Source of the DNA: a virus | Lineage: Duplodnaviria; Heunggongvirae; Uroviricota; Caudoviricetes | Length of the DNA: 7,848 nt | IMG/VR virus record: IMGVR_UViG_2778261058_000010 | Coordinates: 1-7,848 of that record | Reading direction: 5' to 3' (one strand) | Translations under genes and position numbers: made by a program | Shown here: one piece after another, positions 1 through 6,794 of the stretch | Numbering within the stretch: position 1 is the first letter of the stretch | Layout of the letters: the number at the start of each line of letters is the position of its first letter | The notes under the pieces: generated by a model | What the model was told of the DNA's origin: nothing | The model's input: the letters and a program-made list of their open reading frames with translations, nothing else | Databases searched by the model: none

Positions 1-176
1 TGATGTCATGGCTGGCCTGGCTGCTGATGCTGCTGTATGCCTTTGCGCCCCTCAGTTATCTGTGTGGTCGCCCGTTAGCGGCGAACTGGCTGGCGGTGGG
101 GCTTAATCTGCTGTTCTGCGTGCTGGTGATACGTGCACGCGGGAACGTTTCAAAAATTCTTTCATTCCGGAGGTGA
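1..176 (+). CDS. putative holin or small membrane protein, possibly 5'-partial
   Basis: Reading frame 3 is open from the window edge (first ATG at 3) to TGA at 174-176. Translation shows two hydrophobic stretches (WLAWLLMLLYAFAPL; WLAVGLNLLFCVLVI) and a basic tail RARGNVSKILSFRR. The stop abuts the endolysin start (GTG 173 / ATG 179), which is the usual holin position. Not in the ORF track because it is short or truncated. Confidence 0.45.
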   Translation, partial: MSWLAWLLMLLYAFAPLSYLCGRPLAANWLAVGLNLLFCVLVIRARGNVSKILSFRR

Positions 177-178
177 GT

Positions 179-556
179 ATGTCGGGTAAATTCAGATTCA
201 GTCGTCGCAGTGAAAAAAATCTGGAGGGCGTTAAACCACAGCTGGTTGCTGTAGTTCGCCGTGCGCTGGAGCTGACGGAGGTTGATTTCGGTATTACGGA
301 AGGCCTGCGCAGTAAGTATCGCCAGAAACAGCTGGTCGCGGAAGGGAAAAGTCAGACCATGAACAGCCGCCATCTGACCGGTGATGCGGTGGATGTTGTG
401 GCTTATGTTGGCAGCCAGGTGTCATGGGACTGGCCTCTGTACGAGAAAATCGCGCAGGCATTTAAGCAGGCTGCCGCAGAGCTGGGAACTGCCATCGAAT
501 GGGGTGGGGACTGGAAAACACTGAAAGACGGGCCTCACTTTCAGTTGAAGTGGTGA
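179..556 (+). CDS. endolysin, peptidase M15 family (L-alanyl-D-glutamate peptidase-like)
   Basis: ORF 173..556; ATG at 179 is preceded by GGAGG at 169-173. Translation contains a Zn-ligand-like pattern, H-x6-D (SRHLTGDAVDV) and a later His (DGPHFQ), as I recall for M15/VanY-type phage endolysins. Stop TGA at 554-556. Confidence 0.8.
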   Translation: MSGKFRFSRRSEKNLEGVKPQLVAVVRRALELTEVDFGITEGLRSKYRQKQLVAEGKSQTMNSRHLTGDAVDVVAYVGSQVSWDWPLYEKIAQAFKQAAAELGTAIEWGGDWKTLKDGPHFQLKW

Positions 557-582
557 CAATTACTCTGTTAACGGAGGTGGTT

Positions 583-714
583 TTGAAAAAAGAAGAAGAT
601 AAACAAGAAGCCGCTGCATCAACAAATGCAGCGGCTGGTACCCAGCTTAATTCAGATTGGGTCGAGACGGTAAACTCTGAATTGCTGGCGCTGCTTAATG
701 AAGCAGGCTCTTGA
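583..714 (+). CDS. hypothetical small acidic protein (about 43 aa), uncertain
   Basis: In-frame TTG at 583 sits 5 nt after GGAGG (573-577) inside ORF 499..714. Product is Ala/Glu-rich with no transmembrane segment or lipobox. Its 3' end overlaps the 3' end of the convergent minus-strand gene. Could be non-coding. Confidence 0.25.
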   Translation: MKKEEDKQEAAASTNAAAGTQLNSDWVETVNSELLALLNEAGS

Positions 715-967
715 TTTTCTCCTCAATATCCTTCTGGCCTTCTGCTCGTGATGTATCAATGCCATCGGCAATCTGGTTGAGTGTCAACGCTATGATTTTT
801 TTATTGCGCATTCTTTCATCCAGATGGTTTGCCGTTTTGCGAAATGAATCTGCCAGTTCCGTTTTATCAAGGCCAGCTTGCTCTGCAAGCTTCATTGACA
901 GATGAACAATTGCTACCTGTTGACCGGCAAGAAGGGCGGCAATTAACTCAAGTTGTTCTTTAGTCAT
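695..967 (-). CDS. hypothetical protein (90 aa), phage late-region accessory gene
   Basis: ORF 695..967 on the minus strand. ATG (plus 965-967) is preceded by GGAG with a 5-nt spacer. Product is hydrophilic and helical-looking (MTKEQLELIAALLAGQQ...); I do not recognise a family. Confidence 0.55.
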   Translation of the reverse strand: MTKEQLELIAALLAGQQVAIVHLSMKLAEQAGLDKTELADSFRKTANHLDERMRNKKIIALTLNQIADGIDTSRAEGQKDIEEKIKSLLH

Positions 968-1035
968 AAATTCTCCAGTTACCTTTCATTAAATGCATGG
1001 GGATTTTATCAGTCGGTTAATAAAGGCAGAAGATT

Positions 1036-1224
1036 ATGGTTATGAACAGAAGACACTGGACACACAGAATGCCGCGAACGGCGGCGAAATGGGCACCGGT
1101 AGCGATACTGGTGCCTTTTTTCCTGGTGGGATGCGTCAGCCTGGATAAAGCGCGCCAGCTTTTCGATACAGCTTCTCAGGTCTGCGAAATTGTCGACGGT
1201 GTTCGGCAGTGTCTGCAGAACTGA
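1036..1224 (+). CDS. putative small lipoprotein
   Basis: ORF 1036..1224. Internal Met at 1069 begins a textbook lipoprotein signal: MPRTAAK, hydrophobic core WAPVAILVPFF, lipobox LVGC. The mature part is only about 29 aa and is not proline-rich. Start could be 1036, 1042 or 1069. Confidence 0.45.
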   Translation: MVMNRRHWTHRMPRTAAKWAPVAILVPFFLVGCVSLDKARQLFDTASQVCEIVDGVRQCLQN

Positions 1225-1244
1225 TCGCCTGTAAGAGCAGAATA

Positions 1245-1292
1245 TTTTGCTGAAAAATGAAGGATACGCCAGCGTCCGGAAAGCATGAAATT
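1245..1292. repeat. copy A of a 48-bp imperfect direct repeat (partner at 6420-6467)
   Basis: 1273-1292 (cgtccggaaagcatgaaatt) is identical to 6448-6467. The flanks gccagc and t.tgct.aaaaatga are also shared, with 2 mismatches and 1 indel. Lies in the intergenic region upstream of the 98-aa gene. Confidence 0.7.
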
Positions 1293-1398
1293 CTGTGTTT
1301 GTGGCTACTCAATAAAATAAATTCTTTCTGTCGCCGCGAATACTCAAATGTTGATCAGTGCCCGGTGCGGCGACGGGCTTCGATATCAGGAGACGATG

Positions 1399-1695
1399 AT
1401 GGAAAAAACAGAAAACAAACCGATTGTAATTGGTGCTGATGCTGCTCCGTTTAAGTTTGAGTTGTCTCAACTGGTGGAGATGCGCATCAGTGATGAATGG
1501 GGTGAGGTTAAAGCCCGCGCGCAGTATGCGGATGGCGAAAACCAGTACTTGATCCACTACAAAGCAGCTGATGGTCGCGCCACAACGGAGTGGTTTGGTG
1601 AGTCAATGCTGGAAGCAACAGAAGATGATCGCCATCCGGGCTGTCCGGTATTTGCCGGTATGAAATTACCGGAAGGCGCAGTTGTTACTGAGTAA
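1399..1695 (+). CDS. hypothetical protein (98 aa) upstream of HNH endonuclease
   Basis: ORF 1348..1695. ATG at 1399 is 5 nt after AGGAGA (1388-1393); an alternative ATG is at 1396. Stop TAA at 1693-1695. No recognisable motif. Confidence 0.55.
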   Translation: MEKTENKPIVIGADAAPFKFELSQLVEMRISDEWGEVKARAQYADGENQYLIHYKAADGRATTEWFGESMLEATEDDRHPGCPVFAGMKLPEGAVVTE

Positions 1696-1756
1696 CAGGC
1701 ATTACAGCAGCCCTTCAGTGAGGGGCTGCGATAATGCCGGTATTAAGGAGATTCCA

Positions 1757-2107
1757 ATGCCATCACGAATACCCCGCGCCTGTCGTAAGCGTGGATGTGC
1801 AGGCACAACAACAGACAGTTCGGGTTACTGCGATAAGCATCGCGGTGAAGGCTGGGTGCAGCACCAGCGCGGACTGAGCCGCCACCAGCGTGGCTATGGC
1901 TCAAAATGGACGGTGATTCGTGCCCGTATTCTGAAGCGCGATAAAGGTCTGTGTCAGTTGTGTCTGCGTGTCGGTGTGGTGAGCGAGGCGAAAACCGTCG
2001 ACCACATCATCCCGAAAGCGCATGGCGGAACAGACGCAGACAGCAACCTGCAGAGTCTGTGCTGGCCCTGCCATAAAGCGAAAACAGCGCGCGAACGAAT
2101 CAGGTGA
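1757..2107 (+). CDS. HNH endonuclease, phage packaging-associated
   Basis: ATG at 1757 within ORF 1682..2107, preceded by AAGGAG (1744-1749). Cys pairs (CRKRGC; CWPCH) and an HNH-like core (VDHIIPKAHGG...N) are present. It sits directly upstream of the terminase small and large subunit genes, as in HK97-like cos phages. Confidence 0.85.
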   Translation: MPSRIPRACRKRGCAGTTTDSSGYCDKHRGEGWVQHQRGLSRHQRGYGSKWTVIRARILKRDKGLCQLCLRVGVVSEAKTVDHIIPKAHGGTDADSNLQSLCWPCHKAKTARERIR

Positions 2108-2120
2108 TAATTATTCTCAC

Positions 2121-2181
2121 TTGTGGGGAGGGGCGGGTCAAATCCCTGCAACCCTGGCTGTCCGGGACCGCCCGCCAACCC
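2121..2181. other. candidate cos / packaging-initiation region (GC-rich HNH-terS intergenic segment)
   Basis: The 147-bp HNH-terS intergenic region contains a conspicuous G/C-rich block (ggggaggggcgggtc ... gggaccgcccgccaaccc) with partial dyad symmetry, then a T8 run at 2210-2217. In HNH-associated cos phages, cos lies between HNH and terS. Positional inference only. Confidence 0.25.
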
Positions 2182-2254
2182 TTCTTCGCATCGCCGCAGG
2201 TTCGAAAACTTTTTTTTGGGAATGTGATTAAACGATTGATAGGTAAAACCGATT

Positions 2255-2737
2255 ATGTCAGGACCCCCGAAAACCCCGCCACGCCTGCATTTGATACGAG
2301 GCAACCCCTCAAAGCGCCCCGTTAAAGACTCCAAAAAAACCGCTAAAAAGGACGAAAAAGGTCTCCCTAAAATTCCGCAGCATTTAGGGGCGCAGGGGAA
2401 GTACTGGTTCAGGCGAATGGCGGAAGAGCTGAATGCGGAAGGGATCATTTCTCAGCTTGATGCGCGTGCACTTGAGTTACTGGTGGAAGCCTACACCGAA
2501 TACCGGCATCACTGCGAAACACTCGATGTTGAGGGGTATACCTACCGCACGGAAACGCAGAATGGCGATGTGATGATCAAGGCACATCCGGCTGCGGCGA
2601 TGAAGGCGGATGCCTGGAAGCGGATCCGGGCGATGCTTGCAGAGTTTGGTATGTCACCGGCAAGCCGGGCGAAAGTAAATATCGCCGGACCGGATGATGT
2701 TGATCCGCTGGCAGAGCTTTTAAAAGCGAGAGACTGA
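2255..2737 (+). CDS. terminase small subunit, P27 family
   Basis: ORF 2255..2737 (160 aa). Basic Pro/Lys-rich N-terminus and overall composition match what I recall of P27-family small terminases. Stop TGA overlaps the terL ATG (cTGATGg at 2735-2739). Confidence 0.8.
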   Translation: MSGPPKTPPRLHLIRGNPSKRPVKDSKKTAKKDEKGLPKIPQHLGAQGKYWFRRMAEELNAEGIISQLDARALELLVEAYTEYRHHCETLDVEGYTYRTETQNGDVMIKAHPAAAMKADAWKRIRAMLAEFGMSPASRAKVNIAGPDDVDPLAELLKARD

Positions 2738-3930
2738 TGGCAAAAGTGGCTGACGGGATCCGCTACGCCGAACGTGTTGTTGCAGGAGAAATTGTCGCTG
2801 GCGAATTTGTCCGTCTGGCCTGCCAGCGTTTTCTTGATGATCTGAAGTACGGCGAAGAGCGGGGGATTTATTTCAGTGAACCCCGTGCGCAGCACATCCT
2901 GAATTTCTACAAATTTGTGCCCCATGTAAAAGGGGCGCTGGCAGGTCAGCCCATTGAACTGATGGACTGGCATGTTTTTATCCTCATTAATATTTTTGGT
3001 TTTGTCATTCCGCTGGTGAATGAAGAGACCGGGGAAGTTGTCATGCGCAGCGATGGCAGCGGACGCCCGGTGATGGTGCGCCGGTTCCGGACAGCGTACA
3101 ACGAAGTCGCCCGTAAAAACGCAAAATCAACCCTGTCATCGGGTATCGGTCTGTATATGACGGGGGCAGATGGTGAAGGCGGGGCTGAGGTGTATTCAGC
3201 CGCAACCACGCGTGACCAGGCCAGAATTGTGTTTGAAGACGCCAAAAATATGGTCAGAAAAGCCCGGTCGACACTCGGGCGATTGTTTGATTTCAACAAG
3301 CTGGCGATTTACCAGGAGCAGAGCGCATCAAAATTTGAACCGCTTTCCTCGGATGCAAACAACCTGGACGGTCTGAACATCCACTGCGCCATTATTGATG
3401 AGCTGCATGCACATAAAACCCGCGACGTGTGGGACGTTCTGGAAACGGCAACCGGTGCCCGTCTGCAGTCCCTGTTATTTGGTATCACCACGGCGGGCTT
3501 TAACAAGGAAGGGATTTGTTACGAGCAACGCGATTACGCCATCAAGGTATTGCGAGGCTATAACAGTGACGTGGAGGGCGCGGTAAAAGACGACTCCTAC
3601 TTTGCGATTATTTACACGCTCGATGAGGGAGATGATCCGTTTGATGAAACGGTCTGGCAGAAAGCGAATCCCGGCCTGGGCATCTGTAAACGCTGGGATG
3701 ATCTGCGTCGTCTGGCGAAAAAAGCGAAGGAGCAGGTTTCAGCACGGGTGAATTTTTTCACGAAGAAAGTAACATCACGCCGTAACAACAGTGCGACCTG
3801 TCCTGATTTTTTTAGTAACCAAATGAAAGAAAAAGATTTTTTCTTGTTCGTCGTTTTTGTTTTTTCTGGAAGGTTCTGGCTGTTTTCATCATTTGTGTAT
3901 TGCACTGTGTATTGCAAAAACGGGTTATAA
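2737..3930 (+). CDS. terminase large subunit (Terminase_1-like), C-terminally truncated, probable pseudogene
   Basis: ORF 2737..3930. Deviant Walker A (ARKNAKST), Walker B (IIDELH) and the W.KANPGLG motif are present. After NFFTKK (codon 344, about 3768) the translation becomes low-complexity and Phe-rich (VTSRRNNSATCPDFF...FLFVVFVF) and the DNA becomes AT-rich. The expected nuclease domain, roughly 200 aa, is missing. Confidence 0.75.
   Translation: MAKVADGIRYAERVVAGEIVAGEFVRLACQRFLDDLKYGEERGIYFSEPRAQHILNFYKFVPHVKGALAGQPIELMDWHVFILINIFGFVIPLVNEETGEVVMRSDGSGRPVMVRRFRTAYNEVARKNAKSTLSSGIGLYMTGADGEGGAEVYSAATTRDQARIVFEDAKNMVRKARSTLGRLFDFNKLAIYQEQSASKFEPLSSDANNLDGLNIHCAIIDELHAHKTRDVWDVLETATGARLQSLLFGITTAGFNKEGICYEQRDYAIKVLRGYNSDVEGAVKDDSYFAIIYTLDEGDDPFDETVWQKANPGLGICKRWDDLRRLAKKAKEQVSARVNFFTKKVTSRRNNSATCPDFFSNQMKEKDFFLFVVFVFSGRFWLFSSFVYCTVYCKNGL
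3894..3916. repeat. tandem 11-bp direct repeat upstream of the integrase
   Basis: tgtgtattgca at 3894-3904 and again at 3906-3916, separated by one base; ends 20 bp before the int ATG. Confidence 0.6.
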
Positions 3931-3935
3931 ATCAC

Positions 3936-5144
3936 ATGGCGCTAAACAAACTGAGCGATAAAAAACTTCGTTCCCTGCTTGGGCGCAGGAGTGAGAGGCA
4001 GGAAACCATCGCTGATGGTAACGGGCTTTCGGTACGGGTCAGTAAATACGGATGTGTTAGTTTTGTTTTCTTTTACAGATTGGCGGGAAGGGGAACCGCG
4101 CCCATCTGGCTGACACTTGGAAAATATCCTGATCTGAGTCTCAAATCAGCGAGAGAGATGCGCGATCAGTGTCGAACCTGGCTTGCGGAGGGCAGAGATC
4201 CACGGATTCAGATAAAAATTGAACGGGAAGCCACCTTGCAACCTGTTACCGTTCGTGAGGCACTTGAATACTGGCTTGATAATTATGCAATGGATAAGCG
4301 TAGGGGAGCAGAACATATCAGGCAGTGCTTTGGTAAACATATTTATCCGGTGATTGGTCATGTACCACTTAGTGATTGCTCTATATCTATGTGGATCAAG
4401 TGTTTTGACAAAATAAAAAAAGTAGCACCTGTACAGGCCGGAGCTTTGTTGCGTATATCAAAACAGGCGCTTAAATTTTGTAGGGTAAGAAAATACGCGA
4501 TTAGTCATGAAATTGATGATCTTGAGGTCTGTGATGTGGGAAAAAAGTCTGCGCGAAGAAGCAGGGTTTTAACAGATGATGAAATCAGAGATTTATGGCG
4601 AAGTATTAATACTGATTATGACAATCACGAATTATCATATGAAAACCGAATTATTTTACGTTTCCTGGTAGTTTTTGGTTGTCGACTGTCAGAAGTATTA
4701 CTGTCGTCCTGGGTAGAGTGGGATTTTGATAAGAAATTATGGCGCGTTCCCGCTGATCATAGCAAAAATGGCAGGGAAATAATCAGACCGATTCCTGATG
4801 GCATGTTTAACTGGTTAGTTACGTTAAAAAAAATAACAGGTAACAAAGAAAATGTGATTGGGTTTGATATGCGTCAGTGTACGGCAAGCGTAACTATCGG
4901 TAAGACATGGAAAAGGATGAAACACTCGGAAAAATGGACGGCGCATGATATGCGAAGAGTGTTTGCCACAAAGCTAAGTGATCATGGTTTTGAACATAAT
5001 GTGGTTGAACAGTTGCTTGGGCACACATTAGGCGGTGTTGCCGGGGTTTATAACAGAAGTCAGTATATGGACAGAAAAAAAGAAGCTATGAACTGGTGGT
5101 ACGACTATCTGAATAAGCTAATTAGTGGTGACGGTAATGATTGA
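3936..5144 (+). CDS. tyrosine site-specific integrase, P4-like
   Basis: ATG at 3936 within ORF 3900..5144. N-terminal arm-binding-like region (MALNKLSDKKL...GNGLSVRVSKYG...LTLGKYPDLSLKSAREMRD) and C-terminal catalytic region (HDMRRVFATKL...LLGH...GVYNRSQY) are typical of P4-type integrases. Confidence 0.9.
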   Translation: MALNKLSDKKLRSLLGRRSERQETIADGNGLSVRVSKYGCVSFVFFYRLAGRGTAPIWLTLGKYPDLSLKSAREMRDQCRTWLAEGRDPRIQIKIEREATLQPVTVREALEYWLDNYAMDKRRGAEHIRQCFGKHIYPVIGHVPLSDCSISMWIKCFDKIKKVAPVQAGALLRISKQALKFCRVRKYAISHEIDDLEVCDVGKKSARRSRVLTDDEIRDLWRSINTDYDNHELSYENRIILRFLVVFGCRLSEVLLSSWVEWDFDKKLWRVPADHSKNGREIIRPIPDGMFNWLVTLKKITGNKENVIGFDMRQCTASVTIGKTWKRMKHSEKWTAHDMRRVFATKLSDHGFEHNVVEQLLGHTLGGVAGVYNRSQYMDRKKEAMNWWYDYLNKLISGDGND

Positions 5145-5358
5145 AATAGTTACGCGTGAAGAACTTGAAAATGATAAAACAATCGACAGGATGATTAAGG
5201 AAGATGAATGTGCATGGTTAACAGCTCTTGGCCGGAGACACAGAGCATTACTTGAAAAGGAAGGAAAATTTCCACGGAAAATATGTATTGGCCCACAAAC
5301 AAAAGTCTGGCGCTTATCTGAGGTGCTGGAATGGGTAAAGGGTGAATGGAAACCCTGA
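5137..5358 (+). CDS. AlpA-family transcriptional regulator (helix-turn-helix)
   Basis: ATG at 5137 overlaps the int stop (ATGATTGA, 5137-5144), implying translational coupling. The 73-aa product carries the AlpA-like pattern (...LTALGRRHRALLEKEGKFP...W.LSEVLEWV). Confidence 0.8.
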   Translation: MIEIVTREELENDKTIDRMIKEDECAWLTALGRRHRALLEKEGKFPRKICIGPQTKVWRLSEVLEWVKGEWKP

Positions 5359-5382
5359 ACTAAATTAAATGAGATATAATCA

Positions 5383-5407
5383 ACCCGTCTTTTGGCGGGT
5401 TTTTTTA
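5383..5407 (+). terminator. weak intrinsic terminator-like hairpin between the two AlpA-like genes
   Basis: Short stem acccg / cgggt (5383-5400) followed by T7 at 5401-5407. The stem is only about 5 bp. Confidence 0.3.
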
Positions 5408-5421
5408 TAGGTGATATTTTT

Positions 5422-5700
5422 ATGCAAAAATTTATTTATCCTACACCCGAAGAACGCATTCAGATTCTGAAAGAACATGGCGAACCGTATGATCGCCGTA
5501 TACGCGAACATGAGTGTGCCAATCGTACCGGGCTTTCAAGAAGCAGACGTTGGGTACTTGAACAGGAGGGAGCATTTCCTGCTCGTGCTCATTTAGGGAA
5601 AGTGTCTGTTTCCTGGTTGCTCTCTGATGTGCTCTGGTGGGTTATGCATCCGCCAGGAGTAAAGGAAGTAAACAGCCCATACAAAAACGCCAATAAGTAA
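5422..5700 (+). CDS. AlpA-like helix-turn-helix regulator, second copy
   Basis: ATG at 5422 within ORF 5392..5700; AGGTGA at 5409-5414 with a 7-nt spacer. Contains an AlpA-like core (ECANRTGLSRSRRWVLEQEGAFP...VSVSWLLSDVLWW). Confidence 0.7.
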   Translation: MQKFIYPTPEERIQILKEHGEPYDRRIREHECANRTGLSRSRRWVLEQEGAFPARAHLGKVSVSWLLSDVLWWVMHPPGVKEVNSPYKNANK

Positions 5701-5709
5701 TTACCGACA

Positions 5710-5739
5710 CCCCCGCACCACGCAATGCGGGGTTTTTTG
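5710..5739 (+). terminator. Rho-independent terminator
   Basis: GC stem ccccgca (5711-5717) / tgcgggg (5726-5732) followed by T6 at 5733-5738, just after the second AlpA-like stop. Confidence 0.6.
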
Positions 5740-5757
5740 TATGTGAGGTAGAAAGTG

Positions 5758-6351
5758 ATGAATAAAAATATTGCCGCGACGGGCAAGGGTGACGCACGTC
5801 ATGTGAAAAAATTCTGTGATATTCGTGATCTGGTCGTTCTGCGCTTTGATAGTGTGAACGTTCGCGTGGTGTATCTGAACGGCGATCCGTGGTTTGTTGG
5901 CGCTGATGTGTGTGCGGCGCTGGAAATTAGCAACGTTACCGATGCTGTTTCAGTTCTGGATAGCGATGAGGTAATGACCCTAGCTTTAACCGAGGGTCAT
6001 TCAGGTAAGCGTGGTGGTGCCAGAAGTTGGAATGTTGTATCAGAATCAGGTTTTTACAAGTTGATCGCCAGAAGTCGCAAAGCTGTTAATCCTGGCACGT
6101 TCGCCCATCGTTTCAGTAATTGGGTATTCAGAAATGTGATACCGGGTATCAGAAAAACGGGGGCTTATGGTATCCCGTGGGGCGCATTACAGGATTTTTC
6201 CCGCCGCAAAGAGCAATACCAGATAAGTGCCAGTGAGAAGGGGAGGGCGCTACAGGCATGTAAGCGCAAAAAGCGTGAACTGGAGGAAGAAGAAAAAAGG
6301 CTGATACGTGAATATCAGCCTGAGTTTTACTTTGGTGAGCGTATTCAGTAA
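5758..6351 (+). CDS. Bro-N domain protein, putative antirepressor
   Basis: ORF 5755..6351 (GTG 5755 / ATG 5758; GAGG at 5745-5748). N-terminal segment VVYLNGDPWFVGADVCAALEISN is Bro-N-like; the C-terminus is basic/acidic and coiled-coil-like. Confidence 0.75.
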   Translation: MNKNIAATGKGDARHVKKFCDIRDLVVLRFDSVNVRVVYLNGDPWFVGADVCAALEISNVTDAVSVLDSDEVMTLALTEGHSGKRGGARSWNVVSESGFYKLIARSRKAVNPGTFAHRFSNWVFRNVIPGIRKTGAYGIPWGALQDFSRRKEQYQISASEKGRALQACKRKKRELEEEEKRLIREYQPEFYFGERIQ

Positions 6352-6419
6352 CCGCGTACGGTGCTGATTATACGGTACATCGTGTTAACCGGGAAGTTAC
6401 CCACCAGCAAGGCAAAATC

Positions 6420-6467
6420 TTCTGCTAAAAAATGACATATGGCCAGCCGTCCGGAAAGCATGAAATT
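6420..6467. repeat. copy B of the 48-bp imperfect direct repeat (partner at 1245-1292)
   Basis: See copy A. The 20-bp exact core is at 6448-6467. Lies in the convergent intergenic region after the Bro-N gene. Confidence 0.7.
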
Positions 6468-6509
6468 TTACAAAAATGGAAAATGAAGATTTTTATTGTG
6501 CTGGTGGGT

Positions 6510-6540
6510 AAAAACAAAAAGCGCCCCGTTGCCGGAGCGC
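6510..6540 (-). terminator. Rho-independent terminator (minus strand)
   Basis: On the minus strand: stem gcgctccg / cggggcgc (one G-U pair) with a GCAA tetraloop (plus 6521-6540), followed by TTTTTGTTTTT (plus 6510-6520). Confidence 0.6.
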
Positions 6541-6634
6541 TCTTGCGAACAATTAACCTACTGCGCAAAAAATGAATCTGTGCGGGGGGATTATATCAAC
6601 CGTGGTCGAAATGACCATAGTTGCAGGATAACAG

Positions 6635-6664
6635 GCAAAACAAAGGCCACCCGCTACGGTGGCC
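6635..6664 (-). terminator. Rho-independent terminator (minus strand)
   Basis: On the minus strand: stem ggccacc / ggtggcc (plus 6645-6664) followed by TTTGTTTTG (plus 6635-6643). About 130 nt downstream of the 50-aa gene stop. Confidence 0.55.
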
Positions 6665-6794
6665 CCTTGACACAAGCTACACGTTATCCCCAACGCATGA
6701 GCATAGCCAACAATGCCACATTTACGGCTGGTGGGCAAATCCTGAGCTGTTCTGTAATTACAGGAACTACGGCATTGTCGCGGTTAGGTTATGC

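Noticed and set aside
56-373. 105-aa minus-strand ORF
   Set aside because: Antisense to the holin-like and endolysin genes, with no ribosome-binding site and an implausible composition.
1330-1374. 8-bp inverted repeat (gtcgccgc / gcggcgac) in the leader of the 98-aa gene
   Set aside because: The stem is short with a 29-nt loop and no U-tract; it could easily be chance.
1954-2448. 164-aa minus-strand ORF
   Set aside because: Antisense to the HNH and terS genes and spans the GC-rich candidate cos region; Pro/Gly/Arg-rich nonsense typical of the antisense of GC-rich coding DNA.
2542-3935. Minus-strand ORFs 2542-2973, 2946-3299, 3309-3506, 3612-3935
   Set aside because: All lie antisense to the well-supported terS/terL reading frame or the AT-rich junction, and none has a credible start context.
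3769-3935. tRNA or tmRNA attachment site at the island boundary
   Set aside because: P4-type integrases usually target tRNA 3' ends, but I found no tRNA-like T-arm or CCA-proximal sequence on either strand here.
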